In this document: piece after piece, positions 24,401 to 37,825 of the stretch
Numbering within the stretch: the stretch's first letter is position 1
Layout of the letters: each line of letters begins with the position of its first letter
Assembly (NCBI RefSeq): GCF_036321535.1
Contig: NC_087437.1
Location: 70,868,001 to 70,932,000, forward strand
DNA from: Camelus dromedarius
Lineage: Eukaryota
Direction of reading: 5' to 3'
Length of the DNA: 64,000 nt
Notes under the pieces: generated by a model
The model's input: the letters and a program-made list of their open reading frames with translations, nothing else
What the model was told of the DNA's origin: nothing
The model's database searches: none
Made by a program: the position numbers and the translations under genes

Positions 24401-27294
24401 CAACAGCTGTGTTAGGAAGGTGCCGTTAGGGAAGCCAAAATATTTTCGGCAATAACTGAAAATAGATCTCCAGTATCTCTTCTAATGTGGAAAGAACTAC
24501 TTGTTTATTTCTTTTTAAATTAATTGAAATGAATAATTGCCATAAAATTTGTGTCGGTGTTATGTATTATTCTCAGTACCAATAGAGAAAATTTGGTGAT
24601 GTCGCTACCTGGTACCAGAAGGGAAAATATATGTATTCTGTATATAATGAATTATCTTTCTTAGTGGAATGCCTTCTCCCAGATTGGAGATATTACTAAA
24701 TATCTCTTGTTAAATCTTGATAAGATCATTTGGCCAAAGTAGAACTGGGCTTCGCTTTATTACCAAAAGAAATAGCATTTTTAAGGGACTTGGATTTCCT
24801 TTGCATACCACGTGTCTGAGTCCGATACGGTCCAGGAAAATAGAGAGGATGAGACAAAATTATTCCTAAGCAGCCGCCGTAGGCCAAACACTGAAACAGT
24901 GCCAACCTGGACCAATCAGGCCAGCTTCTCAGAAGATACATGCTTTTGTCAAACACTTACATGGAGAGAAAGAGGGAAGAAGCCCTTGAAATTGCATTCG
25001 TCTGAATGATTCTCCACTAATTTCAATAAAGCCCATGGTAATAAATTCAATGATTTTTATTCTTTTGTAGAGTAGAAAATGTGAGTTTCCTTGTCCAGCT
25101 AAGGATCTCTAAATGTTGTACTCTGACATCTTTTCAACAAAACTCTTCTTTTGAATTTAAGTAAGTGAAAAACTTCTCACAGAGAGCAAAGAGTAAAATT
25201 GATGGAAACTCAAAATCAATTCCAAACCCATTTCTGGCATGATGAGAATAACATTTGTGCTGTGTTTAGAGCAGTTTAAAACAAGAAAATGATAAAATGA
25301 TCAATATACTTAAAGCCAAAAATAACCAGGAGAGAGTGATCTGTAATCCATTCTTAGACCTGAAACCCTACACTTTTGATTGAACATGGAAATAAATGAA
25401 TATATCTTCTATAAGGTGGCATTGTAAGCCTTATAATATAAAAACATGATGAGATGCCAAGCTTTCAACTATTTAAGCTATGTTTTCAAAGTGTAGCCAA
25501 ACAAAAATTTCTAGACAACCTATTGTAGATTTATTTATTTGTACATACCCTGACCATAGAAAGAGCAAAAGTTAAGGAGTGTACAGAATGTCACCGTGAA
25601 CTACATTGCCACTTCATAGTCTCTGTATTCTTTATTTAAAAAAAAAAAAATAGGTTTAAGCCACAGTGAAAAGAATATTTTAAGGTATACCTGAAAGTCA
25701 GTGAATTAGTCACTGTGGAACAGACTGAATATTTTAAAAATACCTCGACTCTTGACAAATATATTAAGTTCAACACACGCATAAATATAAATCACACATA
25801 TTTTATCCTTATTGCTTTACTAGATTGAAAGAGTTAAGTTGACAGATTTTGAAACTATGGATTCAAGGTCAGCAAAATGCCACCATCCAAGCTCACAAAA
25901 ACCTCTCTAGACTTAAGATTTTGCTCCAATGAACGATTTTCTACCAACCTTTCCAGAGTCATCCGACTGGCTAGTTATTTATTGATCAGATAAAATGAAA
26001 TTGTCCTTCTGGATGAAGAAATCCTGGCTGAAGAATTTAAATGACAACAAATTGCATAAGCACATTTAATGCCGTTGACCTAAGGTGCAGTAGGAATGAT
26101 GATAATTCTAATGAGCAGTGTGACGAATGTTACTACAAAGGAGCAAGTGTGATTACATCAGGAAGACTGAACTCAGTGGGCAAGGTCAGGAGGGCGAGAC
26201 ACAGGAGCCCTGACAGAGTAGGGGCTAATGATTAAAGTTACTGGACATGCTTAAAGCTCGTGGCTAGCTGCAAAATTAACAGCTACCCAAAAAAAAAGTC
26301 AATCAATTTTAAAAGTAGATAGAAAGGCCAGACTTTTCCCTATAGGATTTAATCAACTGCAGAATTCACTTTCACATAGAATTTTAAGAACCTCCTAAGC
26401 TTTGGCTGTCCAGTGTGATAATGGTTGTAAAGAGCTATTGTGCACATCTGCTTAAAGATTCATATAAGTGTAATTGTTACAGCAACTTGTTATGCTATTG
26501 TTTGAAGTTGAAAAGCTCTGCTTTAAGAGTCAACAGAGCAAATGTCAGCATCATAAGAATCATAATCATCGCATCTTAGAGCTTGAAGGAGCCTTAGATA
26601 GCTCAATAAGGGTGAGTGGGTTAGCAAACTCTCCAGGAAGGAATATTGAACATCTGGTGCAGGACCATGTAGAATTTTTTTAAATATGTATTTTATATAT
26701 TATAATGATTTTATAATATTATATATTTGGAAAACATAATTTTTTTAAAAGCTTAAAAAACAAATTCATCTTGACTAGGGGTGCTATACACTGGATTCTC
26801 TGCACCAGGGGTTCTAAATAGAGAAGAGTGGAGAAGATTCAGAAAAGCACATGTTTTATTTTCACTAAAGGGGCAGAGTGTTTGACAGAATAAGAAATGC
26901 TGTTTGGGTAATAAGAAAACTTAAACAGAGAAGGGACAAACCTTTCTCAAGAGGAAAAAAGGCAAATTGTACTAGAACTCGTTTTCTAGCTAATACAAGC
27001 CTGATCGGTAAAACAGATTTATAAAAATAAAAAGTGAGTGGTATTCCAGAAGTCATTAAGGACGAGAGCAAAGTAACAGAGCCCTTAAGGTGCCTATTTC
27101 TGTACCAATAATCCTACTGTAGATGGGGCAGGGGCAGACACATGTGGGAAGGACAAGGCATTCTGGGCAATGAAAGAAAATGCGCTCACATCGGCACTCC
27201 CTGGACATCCTCTGCTGATCACATTGTTCCCCTCATGCCATCCTCATATCCCATCCGGGGTAACCTCGTATCTCATTTCTCCTCATCCCTCTGC

Positions 27295-27380
27295 CCTCTA
27301 AAAAGAAAAGAAAAGAGAAGAGAAGAAAGAGAGAAAAGAAAGGAAAGAGAAAGGCAAGGCAAGGCAAAGGAAAGAAATTT
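27295..27380. repeat. GA-rich purine simple repeat
   Basis: (GAAAA)/(AAGGC)-like units visible. Confidence 0.85.
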
Positions 27381-27689
27381 GAGAAATTGTAATCAGGAAA
27401 TCCTTTGGAAAGACATCCTTCTCCTTAGAAATCTTTCTGTAAAGATCAGTGTATCTGTCTTATCAAAATTTGAGTTCTAATCAGAGGATGCTGAGTCAAC
27501 ACAGTTAAACACACTTTAACTGGCCTACTCCTTGCTTCCTAAGTGCACATCACATTTCCACACCCCTGTTCCTTTTCCCCTGGTGTTCCTAAATAGAAGC
27601 AAATTCTGCCTTCTTTATTTCTACAATACTTGATCTTTAGATTAGCCATTTGTGTGTTTATTTGTAACGCAAGGAGCAGGTCTATACAA

Positions 27690-27870
27690 TTTGGGGCAAT
27701 GCCCTTAAGTTCACTAGGCCTCACTTTCCACATCTGTAAATAGGAAAATGATAACTGCCTTGCTGGGATATTGTAAGAATTCCTGAAATGGAGTATATAA
27801 AGTTCTTGTTAGCACCATGACTAGCACATGGTCACCACTCAGTATCGTTGTCGTTGTTACTACTACAGTT
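27690..27870 (+). mobile_element. MIR SINE
   Basis: ggcctcactttccacatctgtaaataggaaaatgataactgcc...ttgtaagaatt...agcaccatgactagcacatgg. Confidence 0.8.
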
Positions 27871-30800
27871 ACTAGTATTCCCTTTCCATTAGGTCTTTCC
27901 CAACAATATTCCTCTTGAGCTCACAGACTGATCTCCACTGAGTTCAGTGTCTCCTCAAGCAACAAACAAAATGACTTTTACGTAACAGGAGCTGAATAAG
28001 AATATATTGAATCTTTCCATGCAAGTTCATAGGTCTTATTACTTCCTTACAAAAATCCGTTAGTTCTTTCCTGGAAGTTTAGAATAGTCAGCCCTGGCCA
28101 ACCTGTGTATACCATGAAAGGCATCAGTACTGCTCACTGTAGACTGTCAGTGCCACCTCCCTTTTCAGGTTCCCCACAGGCCCCCAGCCACTTAGGGTTG
28201 CTCTTTGCAACATCCCCAGAAGTGTCAGCTTGTAATTCTGGTTCATGTGATTAATGAGCTTGTTATACCTCCGTCTGTAGCCTGAACTAGAAACTTTCAC
28301 TTTGGAGAGCAGGTCAAGATATCGAATTTAATTTTACTTGCATCTGTTATAAGCCAATTGTGTATTCATTACATTTATAGATTCCCTCTCCAGCCATATA
28401 TTTTCATGGCTGTTGAAAGCACCTGAATCTGTGTTGAATGTCCTTAGATTTTACTTTGGGGACCTGAAAATGAGGCAGTGAGACATTTTTGATAGCTAGC
28501 TGTCATCTTTGGCATTTCTTCCGTTTAGTGCCTGATCTGATCTGTTTGAAGACCGGGGCAAGTATAGGATTTTTTTAGCCAACTCGAGTATGGCACGGCA
28601 ATTCTGTCTTAATGAGGTCTATGGTCAATGCAATTCATCTACACATTTTTGTTTACCTGGCACACAACCCCATTCTATGGAAATGGGAAAGTTCTAAAAA
28701 TTGGAAGTGATCAAATAACTTGAGGCATGTCAGGGTAGAGATATAGCAATCAGTGCACAGGGTCGGTTGGAGGCAGGAGGCATACAAGGCAGACTCAGGG
28801 TGTATATGGATCTTGCTGGCCCTTCGGGCTCACAGTGAATAGTGAGAAAATTAAAACCATGGTTGAAGAGAGTCTGACGGCAGGATGTGCTCAAATCAGG
28901 AAGAATGTTGCATCTTAGTCATTTATTTGAGAGTGAGCTGGTATTTGTGAGGGGAACGAGGTCATAGTCAGTAGAACTGGTAATTCAGTAAAGAGTTCTG
29001 ACTTTGCCAGAGTAATAGTGTTGGCATCAAGAGAAGAAAGTTTTACAGATTGCTCCGTGTGCACTTGCTGTTCCTGGTGTTCCTGGTGGGTGGCTGAATC
29101 ATCCTGATGGCATTCAACAGGAACCAGCTGCTGAGAATATTAAAATGTAAGCATTTATTCCTCTAGAGAGACAGTAGCATCTGCAAAGTTTTCCTATCTT
29201 GATAGTACAGATAATCCCAGGGAGCATTTGCTAATAGTTTTAACTCTCTATTCATTTCTTCTTTTGCTGTTTATCATTATCATCAGTATCTCAAGTTCTA
29301 ACAGGAGAGAAGAATGCCTGCATCCATACCAGGTTGTAGAGACAGATAGGGAGCCCTTGACCAAGGACATGGGATCGCCTCTTGGGCTTTACCTTGAACT
29401 GTGAATCTCAAGAGGAGAAGCTGGCTTTTTTCTCCCATGGCTTCTCTTCACAGCAAAGAGCCACCATACTTTTAGTCTTCCCTGAGCTCCACCAGCAGGA
29501 AGGGAAGACCTCGGACTTCCCCACCCTCAGTACAGGCTTCTTCGGCGCTTTCTTTTTTGCTCGTAAAACTTGTGAAGTTGTTGCTTTCCTTGTGTGATCT
29601 GTTTGGTTTTGGTTTTTGAGCTAGCATCAACAGTGAGGGGAAAGGGCAGTGCAGAAAGGAGGTTTGGACTCAGTAATCTACTAGGTCTTTTCCATCTCTA
29701 ATATTTATGAATAATGTATTGAACTGATGGAAAAAATGTTGAATATGTTCATTATGAATTATACTCACCAGTGTGTTGCCTAGAATATAAAAGAGCAAAG
29801 CAGTTGCAGCATAACTAGTTCCTTACAATAAATGTACTGGTACAACAGCGCTCTGTATCCTTTCGTATTCCTCTGTGTGTCGTCCCCAAACACACGCTCT
29901 GCAAGTCTGAGTGGCAACTGCAGACTGGATACCTGATGGGATGACAGCCAGCCGGGTTCTGTAGGGAACCGGGACATTCCTCGTGGAGTCTGGGTCCTAA
30001 GCAGAAGCAGCTTTCTTGACGGTAATAGCAGTGCAGTCTCCTTTAAGAGAAATCACTGAAGCCAGTTTCACATCGCAGATGCTGCTCAGGTGCTATTACG
30101 CTGCAGGGGTTACAGTTCTTAACATCAGGGGGAAAAAAAACGTATAATTTTGTCCCTTCATTTTAAAAAATTAGTATGGGTAACTAATTTGTTGGCAACT
30201 TTACCTTCTAATATAAAGGAGTAAGACTGGCAGATATTTCAGAATTAAGTAGCTATTATTACACTCAGTTTCAAAATGTATTATATGGTTTTCCCTGTTG
30301 GTTTTCTTTCACAATTATGTTTTGTTTAGGATTTATTCAAATAAAATTGTATTTCCTAAGTATTTACCAGATAACATTGGAAAACATAACCAGAAGCATG
30401 ACAATCTAGGCAAGATACTGAGGATTTTTTTTAGTCACACAAATAATTAACAAAATAGATAATAAAGAATTAAAATAATACCAAAATAGTCTTTCCTATT
30501 TTTTATTAAATGTATCCCAGTAAGCATCATGCAAATATGTACCAAAATAGAGGAAGACTACTAAGGTTGAGAACTCAGGGGGTGTAGCCCTAATGTACAG
30601 TAGAGAGGTGCAGCAGTTCACAGGAAGGTGCAGGAGAAAGGACTGGCCCCTGCCTGAGATCCCAGGAGAGCAGGTGGGTGTTGATGAGTGAGTTCTGCCT
30701 CAGAGAAGCCTTTGCTCCTTGTTGGGGTTAGGTCACTTCAGAGCCAATAGACTAGCTCTTATGAAAGGGGAGTCCAAGACCTCACTTATACCAGGATCAA

Positions 30801-31104
30801 CTATTATAGTGACATTAACTCAAACCAACTGTTCCAGCATTATTTATCAGCATTACATTTCAGAGAAGATTTTTTCTTCTTACGCTCTCTTAAGAGCTAA
30901 AATCCATCAGAACCCACGAAGAGCAAGCATAAACTTAGAGCAGCCACATTTATCAATAGTTTATAGTAATCTCAGAGGGGAGGAAGAGAGAGGGTGAAGG
31001 AAAGTACCAAGGGAAAAACAGCAAGTGTAGATTCTTTTTTCAGGAAAATTGCCTTGCCAAATATTGAGATCAGCTCGCTCAAAAACAATAATGGCTACCC
31101 AATT

Positions 31105-31265
31105 CCAGCATGGTCTAACCTGAGAGTAGAGGTGACAGGTTTTTTTTCCAGCTCTACCTTCCTTACAGGACAGATCACTTAACCTGTCTATGTAATAGTG
31201 TATTTGTCAAATAAATAGAAAACCGTCTATCCTAATCTCCTTCACAGCAGTATTGCTAAGGCTGA
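31105..31265 (+). mobile_element. Diverged MIR SINE
   Basis: ccagctctacc...gacagatcacttaacctgtct. Confidence 0.55.
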
Positions 31266-32667
31266 TTGTGCACACGTATATAAATGTATATATTATAGCT
31301 ATCTATTCACAGCAGGGGAAAAAGATTTAAAAATAAATGAATCAGGATTTTATATATGCAACTGTTGTGAGGATCATTTTTTAATTTTAATTTTAAGACC
31401 TCCTCTGCTAATTATCAATTGTTAAAACACTTGAAAATGATGACTGAGCCTATATCAGCTCTGTGAATGGAAGACTTCTTGAAATTTAAGCATGACTATA
31501 GAGATTCAAACACATTTCCATCGACTTATGGCCCCTCGTGGCCTGACTCTAGGCAGTACAAACCTATTAAGCAAAATGAAAGATTAGTTTTGCCAATAGA
31601 TAGCTTAAAAAAAATCCTAAATCAAGATCTACTATCAGAGTTTAATTCTGGCTGCAGGAGTGAACTGGCTCTGTATATTAGACTTTTTTTTTTTTTTTTT
31701 TGGAAAGTGGGACAGAGATATATAGTAAGGGGAGGAGAGCATCAACCTACACAAACATCCTAGGCATCTGCCCAGGCCACTGGTCCGTCCCAAGGAGAAT
31801 CAGGCTCAGTATATATAAAGCCCCTAAGATCACTGGGAAAGAGGCTGCATTCATCTCTTCGGTACTGCTGTTATTCTTTTGATGTTCATCTGGGCTATTT
31901 AATCTCTGCATTCTATATCCAGACCTCAGTGGAATGATAATGACATGAGAAGAGCAGGTGAAGATAAATAAATGTGATTTTTTAGACATGACCGTTACCC
32001 TCTAATAGCTTTTCTCGGGTCCATTCCAAGCATCCAGGAAAGAGAAACTTAGCTTCCATGGAGAGTGAAGTCATAGCTCTAACTTAGCATAATAAGAGGA
32101 GAGAGAGGGAGCAAGCAAACTGTTAGTGAACCGAGTGCGTTTCTGCTGGGCTAAGACCAGGTTCTCCTGTTTCCTCTATTTTTTCCCCAAACTGAAAAGA
32201 GTTATTGTGGTAATTCACCTGTGTTTCTGAGCCTGTGTGCACATGCCCAGGACCTGCTCAAGGTAAGGCCAGAAAGAAGTCAGGGATAGGACTTATATCC
32301 AGGAAATTCAGTTTCTTTAGTAACTTCTGCTTGTTTTGTTGTTTTGTTTTGTTTTTTTTTCTTCAGGGAAATTTGTGTTTTAAAAAAATATGCTTCAATT
32401 CCCAGACATTGATATCATGGGCATCTTTAGGTTGTGACAGAAGTGGGGATTGGTGGCTGTAACAAATGTAGCAGAAGCCAGCACAATTGAAATCTATCAG
32501 ACATCTTGGCAGACCCCAGATTTTTCTGACCGTTGCTGCAGAATCCACTTGCGTTCTTACCCTAAGAAGACAGGGTTAACTGAGAGTTTTGAGAGTGGTG
32601 GTGCATCTTTCTCAATTTAGGTGACTATGGGACTGGAATGCTTTGGTGAAAACAGTGCAGCTAGAAT

Positions 32668-32849
32668 GAGGGCTACGTCCCAGCTGTACCACCCATGCAT
32701 TCACACCAAGCCCTGTGCTTCAAAGGGCCCTGGGTTTGATTTAATGTTCTGCCGTTGCTGTCTTGAAATTTTTAATGATTTTTTAAGTAAAGAGCCCCGC
32801 ATTTTCATATTGCCTTGTGCCCCACAGACGCTGTAGCCGGCCGGTCCTG
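32668..32849 (+). mobile_element. MER91A-type hAT-Tip100 MITE
   Basis: aagggccc...tttaatgttctgccgttgctgtcttgaaattttt...gccccgcattttcatattgc...tgtagccggccggtcctg closely follows MER91A. Confidence 0.85.
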
Positions 32850-33504
32850 CCTGGAATTTATCTTTTCCTGGCATCCCAACTGAAGGGATCAGTCACTTAT
32901 CTTCTCTTACTGAAAATGATCCTCTTTTTCGATTCCTCAGAAGCTAATGCCTGTGTAAACGCTGAAGATTTCTGTCCGTACAATATGGTTTAGAATAACT
33001 CATCTCTCCTTCCTCCCTCTGAACACCTCGAGATGATTATCGTCAAGAAGCTCCTGTTCTGTAATCAGAAACTCTGTAGTGGTCTCAGACAATTTTTTTT
33101 TTTTTTTTTTTTGCTAGAGGTTAATCCTTGGGAGAAATAGTTGTCGTAGAGAAGTCTTTGCCCATTATTGAAAAGTTTATAAAATAGGCTTCAACCATAT
33201 GTTGAGCTATTAAAAAGAATATACATTTGGGTAATTTTAGACTAGGACTTACCAACCATTATGAGATCAAACACATCAGTGAACTCTAAAAACGATTTCA
33301 TCTCCTGGCTCTGGCCCTGGGCTCCCGTTCCTCTCAGGCTCCCACCATTGCTGCTGCTGGCTGTGTGTTCCACATCCTTCTCGCCTTTCCTTTCTGCCTT
33401 CAGCTCCCAGCAACCTTCTTACCCCAAAATGGTGTTAGGAGGAGGGAGTTCCTCTCTTTAATCTCCATATGACCTAATGAAAATGATTCTTGCTGAATTT
33501 TGTA

Positions 33505-33668
33505 CATTCACACCCCTGCAACAACCTCAATGAGTGTGGATGACAGGATTGTAAGGTCATGATTAGACCCCATAGAGGTGCCTGGATCTGCCCTCAGTGA
33601 CAGTCTGTTAAGGCGAAGTCTTAACCAGACGAACGCAAGGCTCCTGACTCCCAGCCAGATATGCCTTT
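33505..33668 (-). mobile_element. MIR SINE
   Basis: caacaacctcaatgag...gaacgcaaggctcctgactcccagccag. Confidence 0.65.
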
Positions 33669-35879
33669 GATGACTCAGGCCATCCTCAACATTCCCAAAA
33701 GATACATTCTAGATGACCGGTCTGTAAACCAGTTTCTAAGCACCCATCACCAAGAGGAATTATTGCAGAGGAACTAGGAGCGGGGAGAAGAAACCTGAAT
33801 GGTCAAGCAAGTTAGCATTCTGAACCTATGAAATACTTCCAACCACTTAACAGGGTCTCCAAGGCTGCCGGGAGGGTCCAGAGAAAGAGGCTCATCCGAC
33901 ACAAAGCCTCGCTCACCGTGCAATCTCAGGAAGGCCCGCCCCTTCCTCGGCCCCTCCCCCGCTCTCCCACACCTCTGCCCTCCCTCCCCCATGAAAGGAA
34001 GGAAGGCAGGAGGAATCTGATGGAGAGGGGCCAGACTGCAGTCTCTGTGAGTTTAAATCATAGGAGATTAGAATAACCTTTATTTGCCTGAACTAGGTAG
34101 CTGAAGTTTACAAGTCTTCAAATTGGTGCTGACTTCCTGTCTAGCGATAGCACAACCACGGCATGGCAGAAGGGTCCAAAGCATTACTCAGAGCCCGTGG
34201 CGCCTCCCAAGGGATTTCTCAATGGTTCACTAGCTCCTGACAAGACCCAAAGGAAAAAGTACTAAAGAAATTGAGTCCCTTTCAGTCACGACCACTCCCT
34301 TCCTTCTTTCCTCTGCCTCCAGGGCCCAGGGTCCTTCTGTTTCTCTGATTTTATTTTCCCCTCAACCTCCCCTATTCCAAAATTATCCCTATCCCTTCCC
34401 CCAGCTCCAATTCAAAACTACTTTACACTGAGGTAACCCTCTTGGGGTTGAAGTGATTAGAGCATCCAGGCATGAATGGCTTAACCCCCCTACGGGATGT
34501 TTGCATCTCAGAAGAAGTGTTGGAAATTGAAATGTACCTCATTAACAAGGGGGTTTATGCTTCTTGCCTACAGTAGGTGGCTGTCCCCTCTGAGTGAGAC
34601 TCCTCTGCATAGAATCAGCCACGTCCTGAGACAGCTGTACCGACCCAACCCCCCATTTCTTTATCTTTGGTCACAAATGTGATGTGAACTCTAAAAAGCA
34701 AACTTTCTTCCTGGGAGAGAGGAGAAAAGAAAAAAAAAGCTGTAGGTTTACCCAGTGAATAATCAAACCCAGGATGATTGCAGAGGGTCTGTCTCACAAA
34801 AAAATATGCCACAGTATCTTTTTCAAATGTAAAAATAAGTTTCTATCTTGGGTAGCCAAGGCCCTAACAGGTATGGTTATGAAAGTAGAGTAAGTAAGTT
34901 TAAAACCCCACTGTTTTGAGAGGAGTCAAGGCTCCTATGAGCTCTGAGCAGCTTGAGAATTTGAATAATCAGTCATCTTGAGTTTCCTCTTTTGCAGAGG
35001 AGGTTATTAAGGCTCAGATGGGACATGGCTTTTTTTTCCGGGTCCCCCAGCTCACCAGGGGAGCTGAGTTTGGGGCCCTTGGCCCCTAGGGAAGTTTAGC
35101 TTTTCTGTCTGATAATTCAGGGAACTCCTAAGACCTCCTCCATCCACTGCTGCCAGCTTCCCCATCTCCTAGTCATTTCTCTTTACTAGTTGTTGCTCCT
35201 GTGATGTTTGAGAAAATGTTAGCCGGAGAATCAAAGGGAGGAGATGGAGCATTAGGGGAACATTAGCAACTATTGAAAAGACATTTTGACCTATTTCTGT
35301 AGTTATCAATTTAATAGTATTTGTTGCCAGGAAATGCACTGATGGCGGGTGGGAGGTTGGATTGCACTAGCAGCCTGCTCTCAGGGGCCCTCCAGTTACA
35401 GGAGGTGGTAATTCTAGTTAATAAAAGGGTGAACTTCAAACACATTTCAACCAAATCAAATTGTAGCGGGAAATATCATATTACTGATGTTCAAGCCGAC
35501 TCACAGCTGGTAATATTAGTCAGTATATAGGCCCCAAATTCTGACTTTTCAGCATTTTCAGATAAGTTTCTGGCAGTGAGAGAGACCCCCAGGCACACTG
35601 TTATGTAGGAATAGGAGATTTTTAACTAACTAGAATCTAGCATAAATGAAAAATTCTGTATTTTTGTTAGACTTTTTATAAGATTGTCAGATATTCAAAT
35701 ACTATGTAACCAAGCCAAACTTCAGGTGGTTGATAGGAAATCTCCTAGAGCCAGGAGTTTCAATTTTTTTTGTTGTTTTGGTTTTTTTCTATGACATGTT
35801 GGCAAATGATAAAAGCGATTCACTCTGCTAACCAGAGATGCTGGGCAGAGTTCCCCCAACACTGATTTCATGCCATGAA

Positions 35880-36135
35880 AAGCACAAGGCACAGAGAAGA
35901 GCTCAGGCTTTATGTCCTACCGCTCTGATTTGAAACCCAGCGTAGCCCCTACTAGCTGTGTGACCAGAGGACATTCACCTAACCTCTCTGAACCTTAGGC
36001 TCCTCACATAGAAAATGGGCAAAATTTCAATCTTTCATAATTAGTATGAGGATCAAATGAGATAACATATGTAGAGAAATCCACATATAAAGAAAAACTG
36101 TTGGGCATGTACCTAGTGTTCAGAGGTGGTCACTG
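35880..36135 (+). mobile_element. Near full-length MIR SINE
   Basis: tactagctgtgtgacc...cacctaacctctctgaacctt...aaaatggg...tgaggatcaaatgagataacatatgta. Confidence 0.9.
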
Positions 36136-36838
36136 GTATCTTCTATCCCTTTTGCTTCTATCGTTTGCAAGCCTTCTTTTTTTGGTTAATTAATTTTTCC
36201 CAGTAAACTACATGGCTTTTCATGTGATACGAAAAGGCAACGCTGCTGTAAATGCCCTGCATACTGATCTGGTCAGTCCTTTTTGAGCGAATAGCTATTG
36301 GCAACTTCACCCTAGCCCCAGATAGAGTAGACTTCCCTTTGTTGGCCTCCTCTGGGTTCGTGCAGTCAGACCACAGGACACACTTTAACAAAATCAACTA
36401 GCCCCCTTGATGACACAAACTCAAGTTGAATGGGCATAGGTGAGACAGCAGATCACATGGCAGCTGGAACTTTCCATGGCCGCTTCTCCCCTGTCCTACT
36501 CCAGCTCACCTTAAATTCGGAGAGATGTCAGGCATCTTTCCGTGGGACTGCCTCCTGCCCGGATTTTTTTCTAAACTTTTTCCATGTGCCTGAGTCTCCG
36601 TTTTCACAGATTAATTCTGATTTGGTTCGCCTACATTTTGAAGCTCTAAAAGCTTTCCATTGTGGCCAGATTGTCTCAAATACTGTATTTGAGGATGGAA
36701 AAAGAAAACTCTGCCCAAATGTAAGCACCATTGAATCAAAGAAACAGTATTTTTTTCAATTGCATTCTTTGAGGATCCAGACAACCTTGAATCCTTTACA
36801 AAAGCACATCAGTAACGCCATTCTCCCTCTTAAAAAGG

Positions 36839-36862
36839 CACACACACACACACACACACACA
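36839..36862. repeat. (CA)12 microsatellite
   Basis: Directly visible. Confidence 0.95.
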
Positions 36863-37614
36863 AGCACACCAACTACAGAATACCACTATTCATGATGTAA
36901 AGGGCTAGAGTGTCCAAGAGGAATAAAAATTGCAAAAGAAGGTGATTCTATAGATGGAACCTAGCGCTAGAAGCCAGGACACCCATATTCCATTTTCTAC
37001 TGGATGGTAACCTGCCTTCTTACGTGGATCCCAACATGTCCACTGCACCTCAGCTCCATTGTCGTTGCTTCCAGGGAGCACAGGTTCTGACTCATCCTCC
37101 TTGGGGAGTATGGGGATTTCATTTGTTACTGTTCTGAAAGACATTGTAATTCCCGTACCAGTGGCATTTTACATGGGCTAAGTGTTTCTCTCATTTGGAA
37201 GGATGAGCCCTCAATTGTACCTCCCATCACTCTGGAGTGGATAAAAGACTAAATTTTTCATAATAGTATGGGAAGAAAATGATGTCATTTTAATGCCAAC
37301 TTCCCACAGAGAATTAATAATCATCATAATACCTAGGGCTGATGCAGAACCACTGGACCTGGCCCATCATCCATATTGACTCCTCTTTCAGCCATGCATG
37401 CTTTCTTTCAGTCAGCATTAATCACAGGACACCTCAGTGTGAGAGGTGTTATGGATATAGGGCACACACCCCTCCCCTCATAGCCTAGCTAAACCACCGT
37501 GCACACTGATGGCTGGTCGCCTTAAAGCTTGGTCCAAATCCCTTCCTGTTTGCGCATTGAGCCATTTTAGCAAATCTATGAAAGGGTTGTTCCATAGCCA
37601 GGAGGTCTCGCTTC

Positions 37615-37825
37615 TTCTGAACTGCTAAAGCACTTATTTATATGTCTCATTTGGCACTGATTACATACTACTGTCCTATACCAGAGAATGTTTGTGTGTG
37701 TGTCATTCCTCCCACCACTGCACAGTAAGCTTCATAAATACAGTTCCTATATCCTCCAACACCTAGAATGTACCATCAGAAATAAAAGATACATAGTGAA
37801 TATTGTCATTTTAATAAATGAAATT
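37615..37825 (+). mobile_element. L2 3' fragment
   Basis: cctcccaccactgcacagtaagcttc...acacctagaatgtacc...aatattgtcattttaataaatgaa. Confidence 0.55.

Noticed and set aside
36430..36900. 156-aa + strand ORF
   Set aside because: No recognisable homology; runs through a (CA)n repeat.
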